Made by a program: the position numbers and the translations under genes
Notes under the pieces: generated by a model
What the model was told of the DNA's origin: nothing
The model's database searches: none
What the model saw: the letters and a program-made list of their open reading frames with translations, nothing else
NCBI GenBank assembly: GCA_964016885.1
Contig: OZ024742.1
Location: forward strand, 12,400,001-12,464,000
DNA length: 64,000 bases
Reading direction: 5' to 3'
From: Eledone cirrhosa
Taxonomy: Eukaryota
Part shown: one piece after another, positions 1 through 12,700 of the stretch
How the letters are laid out: the number at the start of each line of letters is the position of its first letter
How positions within the stretch are numbered: the first letter of the stretch is position 1

Positions 1-222
1 TACTTCCCTTTTTCCTCCACCAACTGATTATACTTGTCTTTTGTGTTTTTCAATCCAGATATGTTTTTCATTTTTATTTTTATTTTATTTTTGCGCAGCC
101 TATCTTACAATTTTATATTTGTACTTATTTATCCACATTTCAATATGGCTGAACGCCTTAATGTGTATACTTTTTATATATATACATGAGTGACTACGTA
201 TGTGCGCGCGCGTGCGTGTATG

Positions 223-260
<38 letters not shown>

Positions 261-1047
261 TGTATGTATGTGTGTGTGTACAGGTGTTTGTGTGTGTGTG
301 TATGTATATATTATGCGTATGTGTAAGTGTCTTTATATCCGTGTTTTTGACATTTCGGTTTTATGTTTTTGTTCCTTTTTTCTTCTCCCCCCCCCCCTTC
401 CCTCTTTTGTTACTTACTCAGTTTCATACGTGGGCATGCAAACAGGTTTATATGCGCGAGTATAAGTATGTGTGTGTGTGTGTGTATGTACGTATCGAAC
501 GTATGGAAGTGTAAGTGCGCGTGTGTATATAAGCATAATTATTTTTACATTTCTTTTGTGAGACACGCGTGTCTGTGTATGTATGTACCCCCCCCCCATT
601 TTTTGTTTTCTTTAATTTTTTCTTTCTATCTTTTCTTTCTAATTTATCGTTACTATATTTTTATAAATATATCGAGACGGATACTTTTCTTTTAATTATT
701 ATACTCTCTTTACCTCCTTTCTTTCCGCATCTAAGTGTACGAGCGTCCAGGCGTTTTTATGCGCGCGACTTTATATTCTTATATTTACGATGTAACCATT
801 TCTGTCTGTATAATACAGACATATAGATACATTTGCCCTAAATTTTTATAATTACGCACACTTTCTAACTATACATTTACATGTGCACATATACATATAT
901 GCACATCTGTGAGCGTATATACATACACATACACACACCTAACTATTTTTCTTGATAGATTTTTATATATTTCAATTTCTATTTCATTTATCTATATATT
1001 TTTTTGATTTTCTTGATGTGTTTTTCTAAGTATTTGCCCATGTTTTA

Positions 1048-1127
1048 TATTGCCTCGTCTGACGAACGAATGAAGTCGTTTATTTCGTATTCGCCTCATT
1101 CGGGAAACCTCTGGTAATGAGGTAATA
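1048..1127 (+). ncRNA. Type I hammerhead ribozyme, intact core
   Basis: Stem I TATTGCCTCGT/ATGAGGTAATA (11 bp incl. G-U); CTGACGA 1059-1065; stem II CGAATGA/TCATTCG; GAAA 1104-1107; stem III CC-TCT-GG; cleavage triplet GTA 1114-1116; followed by (TA)n. Confidence 0.85.
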
Positions 1128-1172
1128 ATATTGTATTGATTTTATACATTATATATATATATATATATATAT

Positions 1173-1982
1173 GACCGGATAAGCCTTCAGTCAGACCTAC
1201 TGGCTGTTACCCAATGGGCGGAAAAGAACAACATGTTACAGAACGAAGACAAATTCGAACTGATCCATTTTGGAAAAGAGGATGCTCTGAAACTCCCGTA
1301 CTCCCTTCCCTCCGGGGAATCTCTCGTGACATCTAACAACATCAGAGACTTGGGAGTAACCGTGGACAGCAACATAAGCTGGGCCACGCATATAAGCAGC
1401 AAAGTTGACATGGCCCGCAGAATGTGTTCCTGGATCCTCAGAACCTTCCAGTCGAGAGATTCCCACACCATTATCCTTCTCTTCTCTACTTTTGCCCGAC
1501 CATACCTTGAATACTGTTGTCCACTGTGGTCTCCCCACACGAAACAAAGTATCATGAAACTTGAAGCTCCTCAAAGGGCAATCACGAAAAAGATAGATGG
1601 CATGTCAGACCTTGTCTACTGGGGTCGACTAGAAAACCTGAAACTTTACTCACTCCAACGTCGCCGTGAGCGTTATATTATCTGCATGATGTGGAAAATG
1701 TTCCATCATCACTGCCCAAATGATGTTGGCATCGCCTTCAAGATACACCCAAGGCTTGGGCCCCGTGCTATCCGTCCCATTCAAAAATCTAAATCGCAAC
1801 TCATAACAACAATACGGCACAATTATTTCACCTCAATTGGCCCTGCTCTCTTCAACATCACACCAGGACACGTCAAAACAGAAACTGACCACACAAAATT
1901 TGAAAGACTTCGCCAGGTGGTGCTATTAAGTTAGACATGGCCTGGGCCAATACTGGCCAAAACATTTCAAAGTTATTCAAAG

Positions 1983-1984
<2 letters not shown>
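1173..1984 (+). mobile_element. 5'-truncated CR1/L2-group LINE, RT C-terminus and 3' end
   Basis: ORF 1233-1934 with RDLGVTVD, RPYLEYCCPLWSPH and LYSLQRRRER motifs typical of CR1/L2-group ORF2; ends in a short tandem TTCAAAGTTA tail; (TA)n on both sides. Confidence 0.85.
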
Positions 1985-2073
<89 letters not shown>

Positions 2074-2163
2074 CGTGTGTATATAGTAAGTTATTCAGGG
2101 TTGAATCGGAGGTAACCACAGTAAGTAAGGTACTCAATACATAGCAGAGTATGAAAGTTTTAA

Positions 2164-2280
2164 TATAGATGGGATTCTACAGGACTAGAACTGTTTCATT
2201 CTTTAGAAATCATCAAGAATCTGATTCCTGGTGATTTCTAAAGACTGAAACAGTTCTAGTACTGTAGAATCTCATCTATA
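2164..2280. repeat. Foldback with a hammerhead motif in each arm (each has one core substitution)
   Basis: Plus arm GATTC-CTGGTGA-...-GAAA-CAG..CTG-TA-GAATC (2223-2271); minus arm GATTC-TTGATGA-...-GAAA-CAG..CTG-TA-GAATC (2173-2221); same family as 25697 and 54014. Confidence 0.75.
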
Positions 2281-2299
2281 TATATATATATATATATAC

Positions 2300-2439
2300 A
2301 CCGGATAGAACCAGTCTGAAACTGGTTAGACAATTACTCAACTCAACATAGTACTCAAGGCTTGAGTAAGGCTATAATACAAAGAGTCGGGACCCGGCGG
2401 CTGAGCTCTTTGCGTTTCAACAGCTAATTCCAGACACTT

Positions 2440-2440
<1 letters not shown>
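2300..2440 (-). mobile_element. Penelope-like terminal fragment (3' half of HHR plus tail)
   Basis: Reverse complement GAATTAGCTGTTGAAACGCAAAGAGCTCAGCCGCCGGGTC resembles 61318-61358; a similar piece is at 17505-17565; flanked by (TA)n. Confidence 0.5.
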
Positions 2441-2500
<60 letters not shown>

Positions 2501-2591
2501 CGTTTATGTGTGTTTGTATGTATCTCAGTGGATTAGGTTATTATTAATTCATATATATATACAGAGAGAGGGGGAGAGAGAGAAATAAAGA

Positions 2592-2651
<60 letters not shown>

Positions 2652-2738
2652 GAGAGAGAGAGGAGAATGAGACAGGGCGAGAAAGAATGAAAGATCCAGA
2701 GAAATAAAGATCCAAAGTGAGAGACAGGGAGATAGGGA

Positions 2739-3046
2739 GAGACATATGACTTGGTCAAGGGACATGGGAAAGATGCAGATGTCAAATGGACGAACTGTCT
2801 TCTACCTACTACTCAATGTGTGCAGGCACGAACACAATTGTATATGAATATCGAATATTTCACATTTCCTCATTGAAACAGTCGTGAAAAGAATGAGAAC
2901 GATATTAGAATACCATAGCATATTGATGATACACGTGTATGTGTCGCTGACACTATGTCTTTCTTTCTATCTATCTAGCTTTCTGTCTGTCTTACTGCCT
3001 ATCTGTCTATCTTTCTACATATTTGTTTATCTGTCTATCTATCTAT
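2739..3046 (+). repeat. Unique flank plus TCTA tract, duplicated in inverted orientation at 7878-7961 and 9469-9721
   Basis: GACATATGACTTGGTCAAGGGACATGGG...CACTATGTCTTTCTTTCTATC matches the reverse complement of 9469-9716 almost perfectly; the continuation CTTACTGCCTATCTGTCTATC matches the reverse complement of 7878-7950. Confidence 0.9.
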
Positions 3047-3092
3047 CTGCCTATCTGTCATTATATCTATCTATCAATCAATCAATCAATCA

Positions 3093-3129
<37 letters not shown>

Positions 3130-3130
3130 C

Positions 3131-3348
3131 CCTGAGGAGAAGGGTTGCACACTTTTTTCGGGGGTGTGTGCGACCCCCCAAGGCGCCTCCTCTCTATTGA
3201 GGATTTTGTTAAAAATTTTATTTTTTGTTATATCTTATTTTATTTTTATATTTTGTTATTGCCTCCTCCTTATTGAGGACGCCTTTTTGTGTAAACTCCC
3301 CCCTTTGTACTTGTCCCACTTTTGATGCCCTAGTGGCAAATAAAAGAA
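3131..3348 (+). mobile_element. Tx1/L1-clade LINE, 3' UTR-only insertion in (TCTA)n
   Basis: Homologous to the 3' UTR of the minus-strand copy (7964-8155): GGGTTGCACA hairpin and TGTAAACT(C/T)CCCC(C)TTTGTA..AATAAA; (TCTA)n on both sides. Confidence 0.8.
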
Positions 3349-3384
<36 letters not shown>

Positions 3385-3598
3385 CTGGGATGGACACACG
3401 CGTATAACTTGCTGAGTAAGTTCTGTTTAAATTTCTATAGAAATTCTTGTCTGATAACTTTAATTTTTGTACCATTTTGTAGAGGAACTGCCAGGTCAAA
3501 CTTTGATCTGGTCAGTCTCAAAATATTCTACGCCTTTAGGCGAAATAGTTAAACAAAAAAAAAGTTTTTTCTTGTTGAAAAGTCAATATTTTTTTTAA

Positions 3599-5388
3599 AT
3601 GGCCGAAGCTTCTTCACCAAAATTCGAAGGAGGAAAGGGGAAGATAAACTTACAGCTTCCCCCTGCCACTGTCACAGTAGCAGAGGTCAAGAAGAAAGGT
3701 CAGTCAGAGGAAGAATTCTCTCCACCTGTTAACCGACAACTTGACGTTGCCATGGCAACAACCCAAAGAACCAGCAGCAACAGCAACAACAACAACAGTG
3801 CGACGGACGAAAACAACACCAATAACAATAACAACAACAACAAGACCAATAACGGTGACAACAACAACAATGATAACAACAACACCACCAACGACAACAA
3901 CAACACAAACAAACAAAATTTCTCCTTCGCCGAGACGACAAGGAAAACCCTCGACTATCTGCCAGTAGATATAACCAAAGCGAAGGAGCTACTGGCAGAT
4001 GCGAAAAAATATATAGTGTACGGAGAAAATGGTTCATTCACAATCCATTCCCCCCCGGAACTAAAAAGCCAGAGACTCCTAAACACGGTCATGTTTAGGA
4101 CAATCTCGAACAAAAGTAAAAAACCAGCTCAACCATCACAGAATGAGATAGAGCTGGTTTTAAAAGACGTCATGAAGGACATCACCTTCATTCAGAAGGA
4201 TAGACTCTATGGGAGTCTATCCATTCTCATGAAGGACAGGGACACAGCAGTGAAACTGTCCATCAAACCAATCACATCCACCGCATACACCTTCTACCCT
4301 ACGTACATGGGTAGAAGAACACAAAAAATAAAAATCCACACCATCCTGCCGATTATGGACATATGGTGGGTTTTGACAGGTTTTCTGGACCTGGAGGATG
4401 ACATGCTGGTGTCCATGGGAAAGGCATCGGGTGACGCGTTCAGTGGAACGAGCCTCGAACTTGTAGTTCAAATGAGGCCCGAAAGGATCGCCCAGATCCC
4501 TGAACGCGTCATACTGGATGATCTAACCTTCATCAACATTACCGTTGAGGGTAGACGGCCCTCGTGTTACCTCTGCGGAACCAGAGGTCACCTGAGGGTT
4601 GTCTGTCCCCAACTTAATAAGAAAACCCCAATCCTGCCTACACCACCAACAACTGCACAACCAACACAATCACCACAACTACCACTACAAAAACAACCAC
4701 CACAGCTCAAACCAAAACAAAACAATGTCCAACCCATCCCCTCCACTCAAAAAACAAAAACAATTTCCAAAACACCCGTACCGCAAACACAACCCGAAAA
4801 TATACCCCTCCCCTCCAACGCGGAAGATGACCCTAATTCGTCGTCAGACGAGGAGGAGCACTTCCACACAATCAAAAGAATAAAAAGAAAACACACCTCA
4901 GACACACAAATGAAAACAACCCCTCCCCAAAACATAACACTGACACCAACACAAAAGAGCTCACAACAACAGCAAACAAAAAAAAAACCACACAAAAACA
5001 AAAACATGCATACACATACATAAACACAAGAAACAAAAAACTGTTAAACATTGTGTACAACAACAATCTAATAAAAACACAAGGGCCTAACTTCACCCAG
5101 GCAGGGGATTTCCCCCACCTCAAAATGATTAAGGCCCCACAGGACACCTATAAAACTTTAAAAAACAATTTTAAAGAGGACGTGGGTCCCCCCTGCGTCG
5201 GGCCCATTAACCGCGTCCTCCTAAAAAACTATCCCACCACCTCCCCAAACACCCACACAACTCCAAGCTCCCCAACCACACAACACACTGATGCCCCTAC
5301 ACTTCCACAAACCACCACCCCACCCAACAACCCATCCCCCACCCTAATGGAAATTGTGCAGCCCGATACCCGGGACGCAGAGAGGTAA
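3599..5388 (+). pseudogene. Tx1-type ORF1 (gag-like, CCHC knuckle), frameshifted near the poly-A run at ~4980
   Basis: ORF 3599-5023 with CYLCGTRGHLRVVC (CX2CX4HX4C) and an Asn-rich (AAC)n tract; C-terminal part in ORF 5053-5388 aligns with copy 2 (LKMI...DVG, MEIVQP). Confidence 0.85.
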
Positions 5389-5412
5389 GTGCCTTTTCTC
5401 TTCACCACCAAC

Positions 5413-7609
5413 ATGGCTATGCTAAGAGTAGGCTGTTTAAATGCGCGTGGCCTGGGCTCAACTTGGAAGCAAGCAATGCTTCTAAATGACCTCAGGTCAC
5501 AACGTATAGATGTGATGGTTATTTGCGAGGCCCGGATCAGCAACGTGCGATAGCGGGCCCCCACCCTTGATGACTTTGAGATGTACGCATCTCTCTGTCA
5601 GCCCGGAGGTGGGGGTGGAGTTGTCGTTCTGCTGCAAAAACATCTGGGTCTCGCAACACAGATGGTACATTTGGACCCGGAGGGTCGACTAGTGGTTCTG
5701 GACCTTGGCAGTGGTAAAGGCGGAGTGTTTAGGTTGGTAGCCGCCTACGGCCCTTTCGGGTCAATGCGGCCAGACTTCTTCCATCGACTGGAGACTTTTC
5801 TGGAGACGTCCCGCTCCTTGCTATTAGTGGGGGACTGGAATGGTATCCTAGATGCACGCTGGGACTACGTAGGGGCCTGTCCCGATAGAGAGGGGTGTAA
5901 TACCCTCAAAGGGTTAATCGGACGATTTGACCTGGCCGATAGATATCGACTAGATTTTCCGACTGCGCCAACCTGGACTTGGGCAAATCGTAGCGGAACA
6001 TCTAGGTCGTACCTAGATAGGTTCTTAGTTAGAATTAAGGATAAGGACTTTTTAAGTTGTCCAAAAATGCGCATGGTTGGCTATTCAGACCACAAATTAG
6101 TGACCTGCATGGTCAACCTTGACAGAACTCATAGACAGGGACCCGGTTACTGGAAGCTCAACTTGTCCTTACCGGCAAGTAAGGCTTACAGGAACCGGAT
6201 TAGCACTTTAGTTAAGGAGCGGTTGACGGGCGCCATCGTCAACAGCAGGTGGTGGGGATCTCTCAAAAGAGAGATTAGAGTAGTCTCTATAGAATTTAGT
6301 AAGGAGTTAGCCTCCAATAGAAATAGGAAGGAAAGGGAGTTGGTAGATAGTGTAGAAGAGGCAATTAGAAGCGGCGACGTGGCCAGAGTGCTAGCGTCGA
6401 GAACGGCCCTCGGCCAGTTCTTCGACGCGAAACACGAAGGCTGCATCGTCCGAAGCAAAATACGTGCTCTGGGAAACGAGGGGACCAAAGCTGTTAGCTG
6501 GGCCCGCGTGACAGAAGCCAAAAGAGGGAGCAGATCCACTATCCGGTCTTTGCGAGACCAGGATGGACGGGTGATCCTTGAACCTAAGCAGATGTGCGAG
6601 GCTTTTCAAAAGCACTTTGCCGAATTGTTCGGAAGGGGCGGGGGGCCGGTTGGGGACGTGGACTTCGGTCCATACCTCGACGGCCTGCCGCGTCTCTCGG
6701 ACAGGGAGGCGAAGTCTTGCGAGGAGCCGATTTCAGCCGCTGAGATAGAGGATGTGCTGAGCCAATGCGGCAAACGCAAATCCCCGGGTCTCGATGGTCT
6801 TCCATACGAACTATATCTAGCTATGCCGGACTTGTTCCCCGAACTCCTCGAGGCGGTCTACTGCAACTGGCAACAGAACGGGAGAATTCCCTGTGCTGTG
6901 ACCAAGGGCGTAGTCACGCTAGTGAGGAAGGACGAGAACAAGGGGGACGATATAAATAATTTCAGGCCCATAACTCTGCTAAATACAGAGTTACAGATTT
7001 TGGCCAAGGTGCTAGCAAAGAGGTTGGCGCTTGTCGTGGGCAACCTGGTGGGAGATGCGCAGACATGTGCTATCCCGTCCAGGTCCATCCACGATAACCT
7101 CCACCTCATGCGATACATCATAGAGAGGGTTGGGAACGAACCCGGCTTTGGTGGGGCCCTGATCAACTTGGATCAATCTAAGGCATTCGATAGGGTCGAC
7201 CATGGTTACCTGGATGCGGTGCTAGCGGCGGCAGGCTTCGGACCCGTTTTCAGGGGCTGGATCAATGCCATTCACAGCAGCCGCATCTGCTCTAGGCTAC
7301 CTGTCGGAGCCGTTCGAAATCGCGCGGTCCATCCGACAGGGGTACCCTCTCTCCTCCCTTCTGTATGTAGTGACTCTAGAGCCACTGCTGCGGAAGTTGG
7401 AGTTGTTGCAGGGCATCCCGTTGGAACCAGGATTGCGCAAAGCGGTGTCAGCCTACGCCGATGACGTAACAGTAATGGTGTCGACTGCCTCGGAAATCGG
7501 GGCGATCGGCACCTTACTGGAGGAGTACGAAAGGTTTACAGGGGCTAAGCTGAACGGGGACAAGTCGAACGGTCTGCAACTCGGCACGTGGAGAGGCAAA
7601 TCGATGCCT
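5413..7609 (+). pseudogene. Tx1-type ORF2: APE endonuclease plus reverse transcriptase, disrupted
   Basis: ATG 5413 MAMLRVGCLNARGL, in-frame TAG 5551; GDWN, SYLDRF, YSDH (APE); GPGYWKLN; KSPGLDGLPYE, FRPITLLN, LDQSKAFDRVDH, RQG, YADD (RT, after a frameshift at ~7295). Confidence 0.92.
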
Positions 7610-7876
7610 CCAACTTCCGCAGCAGTGGCTCTAGAGTCATTACATACAGAAGGGGGAGAGAGGGCACCCTTGTCGCATGGACCGCGCGATTTCGAACGGC
7701 TCCGAGAGGTAGCCGTTCACCTTGACCATAGAGCAGATGCAGCTGCTGTGCATGGCAGTGATCCAGCCCCTGAAAACGCGTCCGAAGCCTGCCGCCGCTA
7801 GCACCGCATCCAGGTAACCATGGTCGACCCTATCGAACGCCTTAGATTGATTCAAGTTGAACAGGGCCCCACCAAA
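7608..7876 (-). mobile_element. Inverted internal RT fragment of the same Tx1 family
   Basis: Minus strand encodes FGGALFNLNQSKAFDRVDHGYLD...RQGCPLSP, homologous to 7147-7401; begins directly after a TCTATATATCTACC tract. Confidence 0.9.
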
Positions 7877-7963
7877 GGTAGATATATAGATAGACAGATA
7901 AACAAATATGTAGAAAGATAGACAGATAGGCAGTAAGACAGACAGACAGAAAGTTAGATAGAT

Positions 7964-9465
7964 ATGTTTCTTTATTAGCCACAGGGGCACAAAAGAAGGG
8001 GACAAATACAAAGGGGGAAGTTTACATACAATAAAAACGTGTAAAATGTTATCACAAATGCAATTTAAAAAGTTAGTCGATTTTCCCCAATAGGGGAGAC
8101 AGTTTATATGGGTAACACATACCCCCGAAAAAATGTGCAACCCTCAACTCCAGGAGTACGAAGAGTTTGTACTCCTTTCCTCTCCTCCTCCTTTTCCTCA
8201 ACCTACAGGCTGATATAGATAGAAGGCCCATTCACTCGGGCCATTCTCGCCACTTTCACCTACCTTTCATAAAACTTGCTGGGGTACAGCACTTCTCTCT
8301 CCATCCTGATTCTTCTTCCAAAGTGGTATTTGAAAAAAAGAATCAGTTGTTGGCCGGAGAGAAAGGTGTCTAACCTCAGCCCTTTCAACCTTGTCCACCA
8401 TACAACCTCTTTCGCCATAGCTATCACACAAAGGAAAACCGCCTCTCCTTCGTTTTTGAAGGAGGGTGGCGGTTTGATCATGACAATGGACTCGGTGGTC
8501 AACCGGATTGGTCCCACCCGCGACAATAGTCGTTCTACATAGCTCCACAGGTCAGTGACGCCCGGGCAGTGTATGAATGCGTGCGCGACGGTTTCTTCGT
8601 CTCGCACGCACCTCGGACATATCTTTTTTGCAGGGTCCCTGCCCGGGCGCCCATGTCTGTAGAGCTTGTCTCGAACTGGTAGAGCTCCTCGGTAGCACTG
8701 CCAGGCCAGGGACTTTTGGAGGTTGTCCATCGGTCCCGGGCGGAAGGTCCTACCGAACAGACTGGCCAGTTCATCTTCCTCTGCGCCTAGAGTTTCACCG
8801 AGCGCGTCGTTGCACTTGCTGCGGATCAACCCTCTATAGAATGGCGAAGTGGAGTCTCCACTGATCGCCGGGTCCGCCTGCCAGAGGACTGTGAGCGCCT
8901 GAGCACATTCGATGTGCCAGTTGCCCATTTTCCTCGGTCTTTGCTTGACCCAGGACTGCAGCTCGGTCAGCGAGACGAGTCGTGGGAAGGCTCGCCTCAC
9001 GAACTGGGCCTACACCGGTTGTCCGGTGAGGAATACGTAGAGATGCCGCAGCCTGAGCGCGTGTTTGCGCATCGTCAACCACGGCATCCCCAGCCCTCCG
9101 TTAGAAGGGTGTTGGCAGCAGATGGATCTTCTCACCAAAGGAGCCCGCCTCTTCCAAAGGAATTGGAAGAGCGCGCGTTCCATTTTGGCGAGCGTTTTGG
9201 CTGGAAAAGGCACGACGGTCAAGCGGTAGTAGATGGCGTATGCTATAAAAGTGTTCGCCACCTCCGCTCGACCTTTCAAGGATAGTTTGCACTCGGCCCA
9301 CTTCTGGGTGAGTGCAAACACCTTGACGGTCACTTCGTTCCAGTTCTTCTCCACCTGGAGGTCCGGAACAAACCAGACTCCGAGCAGCTTTACCGGTCCT
9401 TCCGTCCAGCGTCCGACGACGCCATCGGAAGGCATCGGTTTGCCTCTCCACGATCCGAGTTGCAA
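7964..9465 (-). mobile_element. 5'-truncated Tx1-family copy (ORF2 C-terminus, zf-RVT-like finger, 3' UTR) with target-site duplication
   Basis: LQLGSWRGKPMP, GGLGMP, CPRC..ETVAHAFIHC; AATAAA 3' end; flanked on the minus strand by TCTATCTA(G/A)CTT duplication. Confidence 0.9.
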
Positions 9466-9724
9466 AAAAGAAGCTAGATAGATAGAAAGAAAGACATAGT
9501 GTCAGCGACACATACACGTGTATCATCAATATGCTATGTTATTCCAATATCGTTCTCATTCTTTTCACGACTGTTTCAATGAGGAAATGTGAAATATTCG
9601 ATATTCATATACAATTGTGTTCGTGCCTGCACACATTGAGTAGTAGGTAGAAGACAGTTCGTCCATTTGACATCTGCATCTTTCCCATGTCCCTTGACCA
9701 AGTCATATGTCTCTCTCTATCTAT

Positions 9725-12700
9725 CTCTGGGATGGCCACACGCGTGAAACTTGCTGGGTAAGTTCTGCCTAAATTTCTATAGTAATTCCTAACTGTAAAC
9801 CTTCATTTTTATATCAACTTGTAGAGGGACTGCCAGGTCAAATTTTGATCTGGTCAGTCTCTCAAAATATTCTACACCTTTAGGCGAAATAGTACATAAA
9901 AAGTTTGTTTTTTGGAAAAGCTAACATTTTTAAAAGATGGCTGAAGCTTCATAACCAACATTCGAAGGAGGAAAAGGCAAGATATGCTTACAGCTTCCCC
10001 CTGCCTCTGTCATAGTAGCAGATGTCAAAGACAAAGGTCAGTCAGAGGAAGGATTTTCTCCACCTGCTGACCGACAACGTGACGTTGCCATGGCAACAAA
10101 CCAAAACAACACAACCAACGGCACCAACAACAAAAATAACAACAATGCTATGAACGAAAACAACTTCACAAATAAATTCCGCAACCACAGATCAAGCAAT
10201 TGAGAACTAAAAAAACAACAACAACAGCAACAACAACAACAACGACAACAACAATGACAACAATAACAACAGCAACAATGATGACAACAACACCAACAGC
10301 AGCAACAATAATGACAACAACACTAACAAGAACACCTCCACAAACAAGGAAAATAAGGACTCGTTTGCACAAACTGTCCAAAAGACAGAACCATATACAC
10401 AGATTGACATCTCTAATGCCGGAGAATTGCTAAGAGATGCCAAGCAATATATAACTTTTGGAGAGAATGGCGCTTTTAGCATCACTTCTCCCCAAGAATT
10501 GCGTAGAGACAGTCCTGAAAACCATAGTTTTTAGGACAATCTCAAATACCACCAGAAAACCAGCTCAATTAACTCAAAACGAAATTGAGCTGGTTCTAAG
10601 AAACTCCATGAAGGACATTGCCTTCATACAGAAGGGAAAACTCTTCGGGAGTTTATCAATAATAATGAAAGACCAATTGACGGCACAGAAATATTCTGTA
10701 TCGCCAATTGTGCCCCCCCCTCTACACCTTTTTCCCCACATACATGGGAAAAAGGACCCAAAAAATAAAAATAAAAAACTTCACACCAAATGTAAACATC
10801 TGGTGGATAATAGCTGGTTTCATCAATTTTGATGAAGATACAGTAATTTCGGTAGGAAAGTCCACAAGGGGCATATTCAACGGTACAAGCTTAGAAGTTC
10901 TGGTCCAAATGAGACCAGAACGGATAGCTAGAATACCACAACGTGTGCCTCTGGATGGAAATTCCTACATAAACATTTCTGTTGAGGGTAGACGGCCTTC
11001 ATGTTACCACTGTTTAAGCAGTCGTCACCTGAGGGCTTCCTGTCCTCAATTAACTGCATTAAAAAAAGCACTACTGTCGACACCCAACACAACAACACAA
11101 CCACCACCACAACAACAACACACAAAACAAACCAAACTGCAAACACAGTCCCACGCAACCCCTCCCCACCTAAAACAACTCCAGAAACACCCACACACAT
11201 TACAGCTCCTCAAAATGTACCCCTCCCCAACAACACGGATGAGGTTTCATCATCGTCACCCAGTGACGATGAGGGAGAGCCTTTCCGACCAGTAAAAAGA
11301 AAAAAGAAAAGACATAACACAAACAAAAATGCAACAAACACACAAACACCAACACAAGCGACGCAAACAGCACAAACAAAAACACCCTCTCCTGAAAACA
11401 AAACACCTACTACAAAACGTAAACACACACAAGAACCACAGAGAGACAGCAACACAACACAACAAAAATGTTACACCTACATAAATACTAACAATAAAAC
11501 TTTAACAGACACCATATATAAAAACCCTTCGGTGGAGACCGAAGGGAAAACTTTTACACACTCTGCGGAGAATCCTAATCTTAAAATGATTAGCACCTCC
11601 ATGGACACACATAAACAGTTAAAAGAAAAAATTCCTAACGACGTAGGTAACCCCCACCCCAGGCACTCCCACCTCAGACACTCCCGCCCCAGACACCCCC
11701 TTCCCACCTGACACGCCCTCCCCACCAAACATCTCCGCCCCCACCCCGCCAGAGTCCACCACCCCACCAAACAACCCCTCCAACACCCCCATGGAAATTG
11801 TGCAGCCTGGTCCCCAGGAGACGAAGAGGTGAGTGATTTCTTTTCCTCTTCTTTTAACTTTTCAGCACCAACATGGCCAATATTGGATGTGTGAATGTAC
11901 GCGGCCTGGGGATGCCCTGGAAACAGGGCTAACTCTTAAACGACCTCAGGTCCCACAGTATGGATGTAGTAGCCATTTGCGAGTCCAGGATCCACAGCGA
12001 AGGACAACTGGCTCCCAGCTTCGACGACTTTGAGAGCAACGCATCACTCTGTCAGCCGGGAGGTGGGGGTGGGGTTGCCGTTTTGCTGCGGAAACACCTG
12101 GACCTCGTAACACAGACGGTACATCTGGACCCGGGGTGTCGACTGGTGGTCCTAGACGTTGACAGTTGTGAAGGTGTAGCCTTCAGGCTGGTGGCCGCAT
12201 ATGCCCCATCCGGGACACCACGGCCAGACTTCTTCAAACGTCTAGAGACTTTTCTGTGAACGTCCCGCTCCCTGCTGTTAGTGAGGGACTGGAATGGAAT
12301 CCTAGGTGCACGTTGGGACTATGTAGGAGCATGTCCCGATAGAAGGGTATGTAACAGCCTCAAACAGTTAATCTGCCGATTTCAACTGGCCGATAGATAT
12401 CGACTAGATTTTCCAACTGTGCCACTGTGGACTTGGACCAACCACAGCGGAACATCTAGATCGTACCTAGATAGGTTTCTACTTAGAGTTAGCGATAGGG
12501 ACATGTTAAGTTGTCCACAAATGTTCATGATTGCCTATTCAGATCACAAACTAGTGACCTGCTTAGTCAACCTTGACAGAACCCATAGACAGGGACCCGG
12601 CTACTGGAAGCTGAACTTGTCCTTACCGACATGCAAAGCCTACACTAGACGGATTAGCACTTTAGTTAAGCAGCACTTGACGGGGGGTATTGTCAACAAC

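Larger units (their letters stand above)
3383..7609 (+). mobile_element. Tx1/L1-clade non-LTR retrotransposon copy 1 (5' intact, 3' truncated)
   Basis: 5' end CTCTGGGATGG shared with copy 2 (9725); ORF1 plus ORF2 (APE and RT); breaks off after LQLGTWRGKSMP. Confidence 0.92.
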
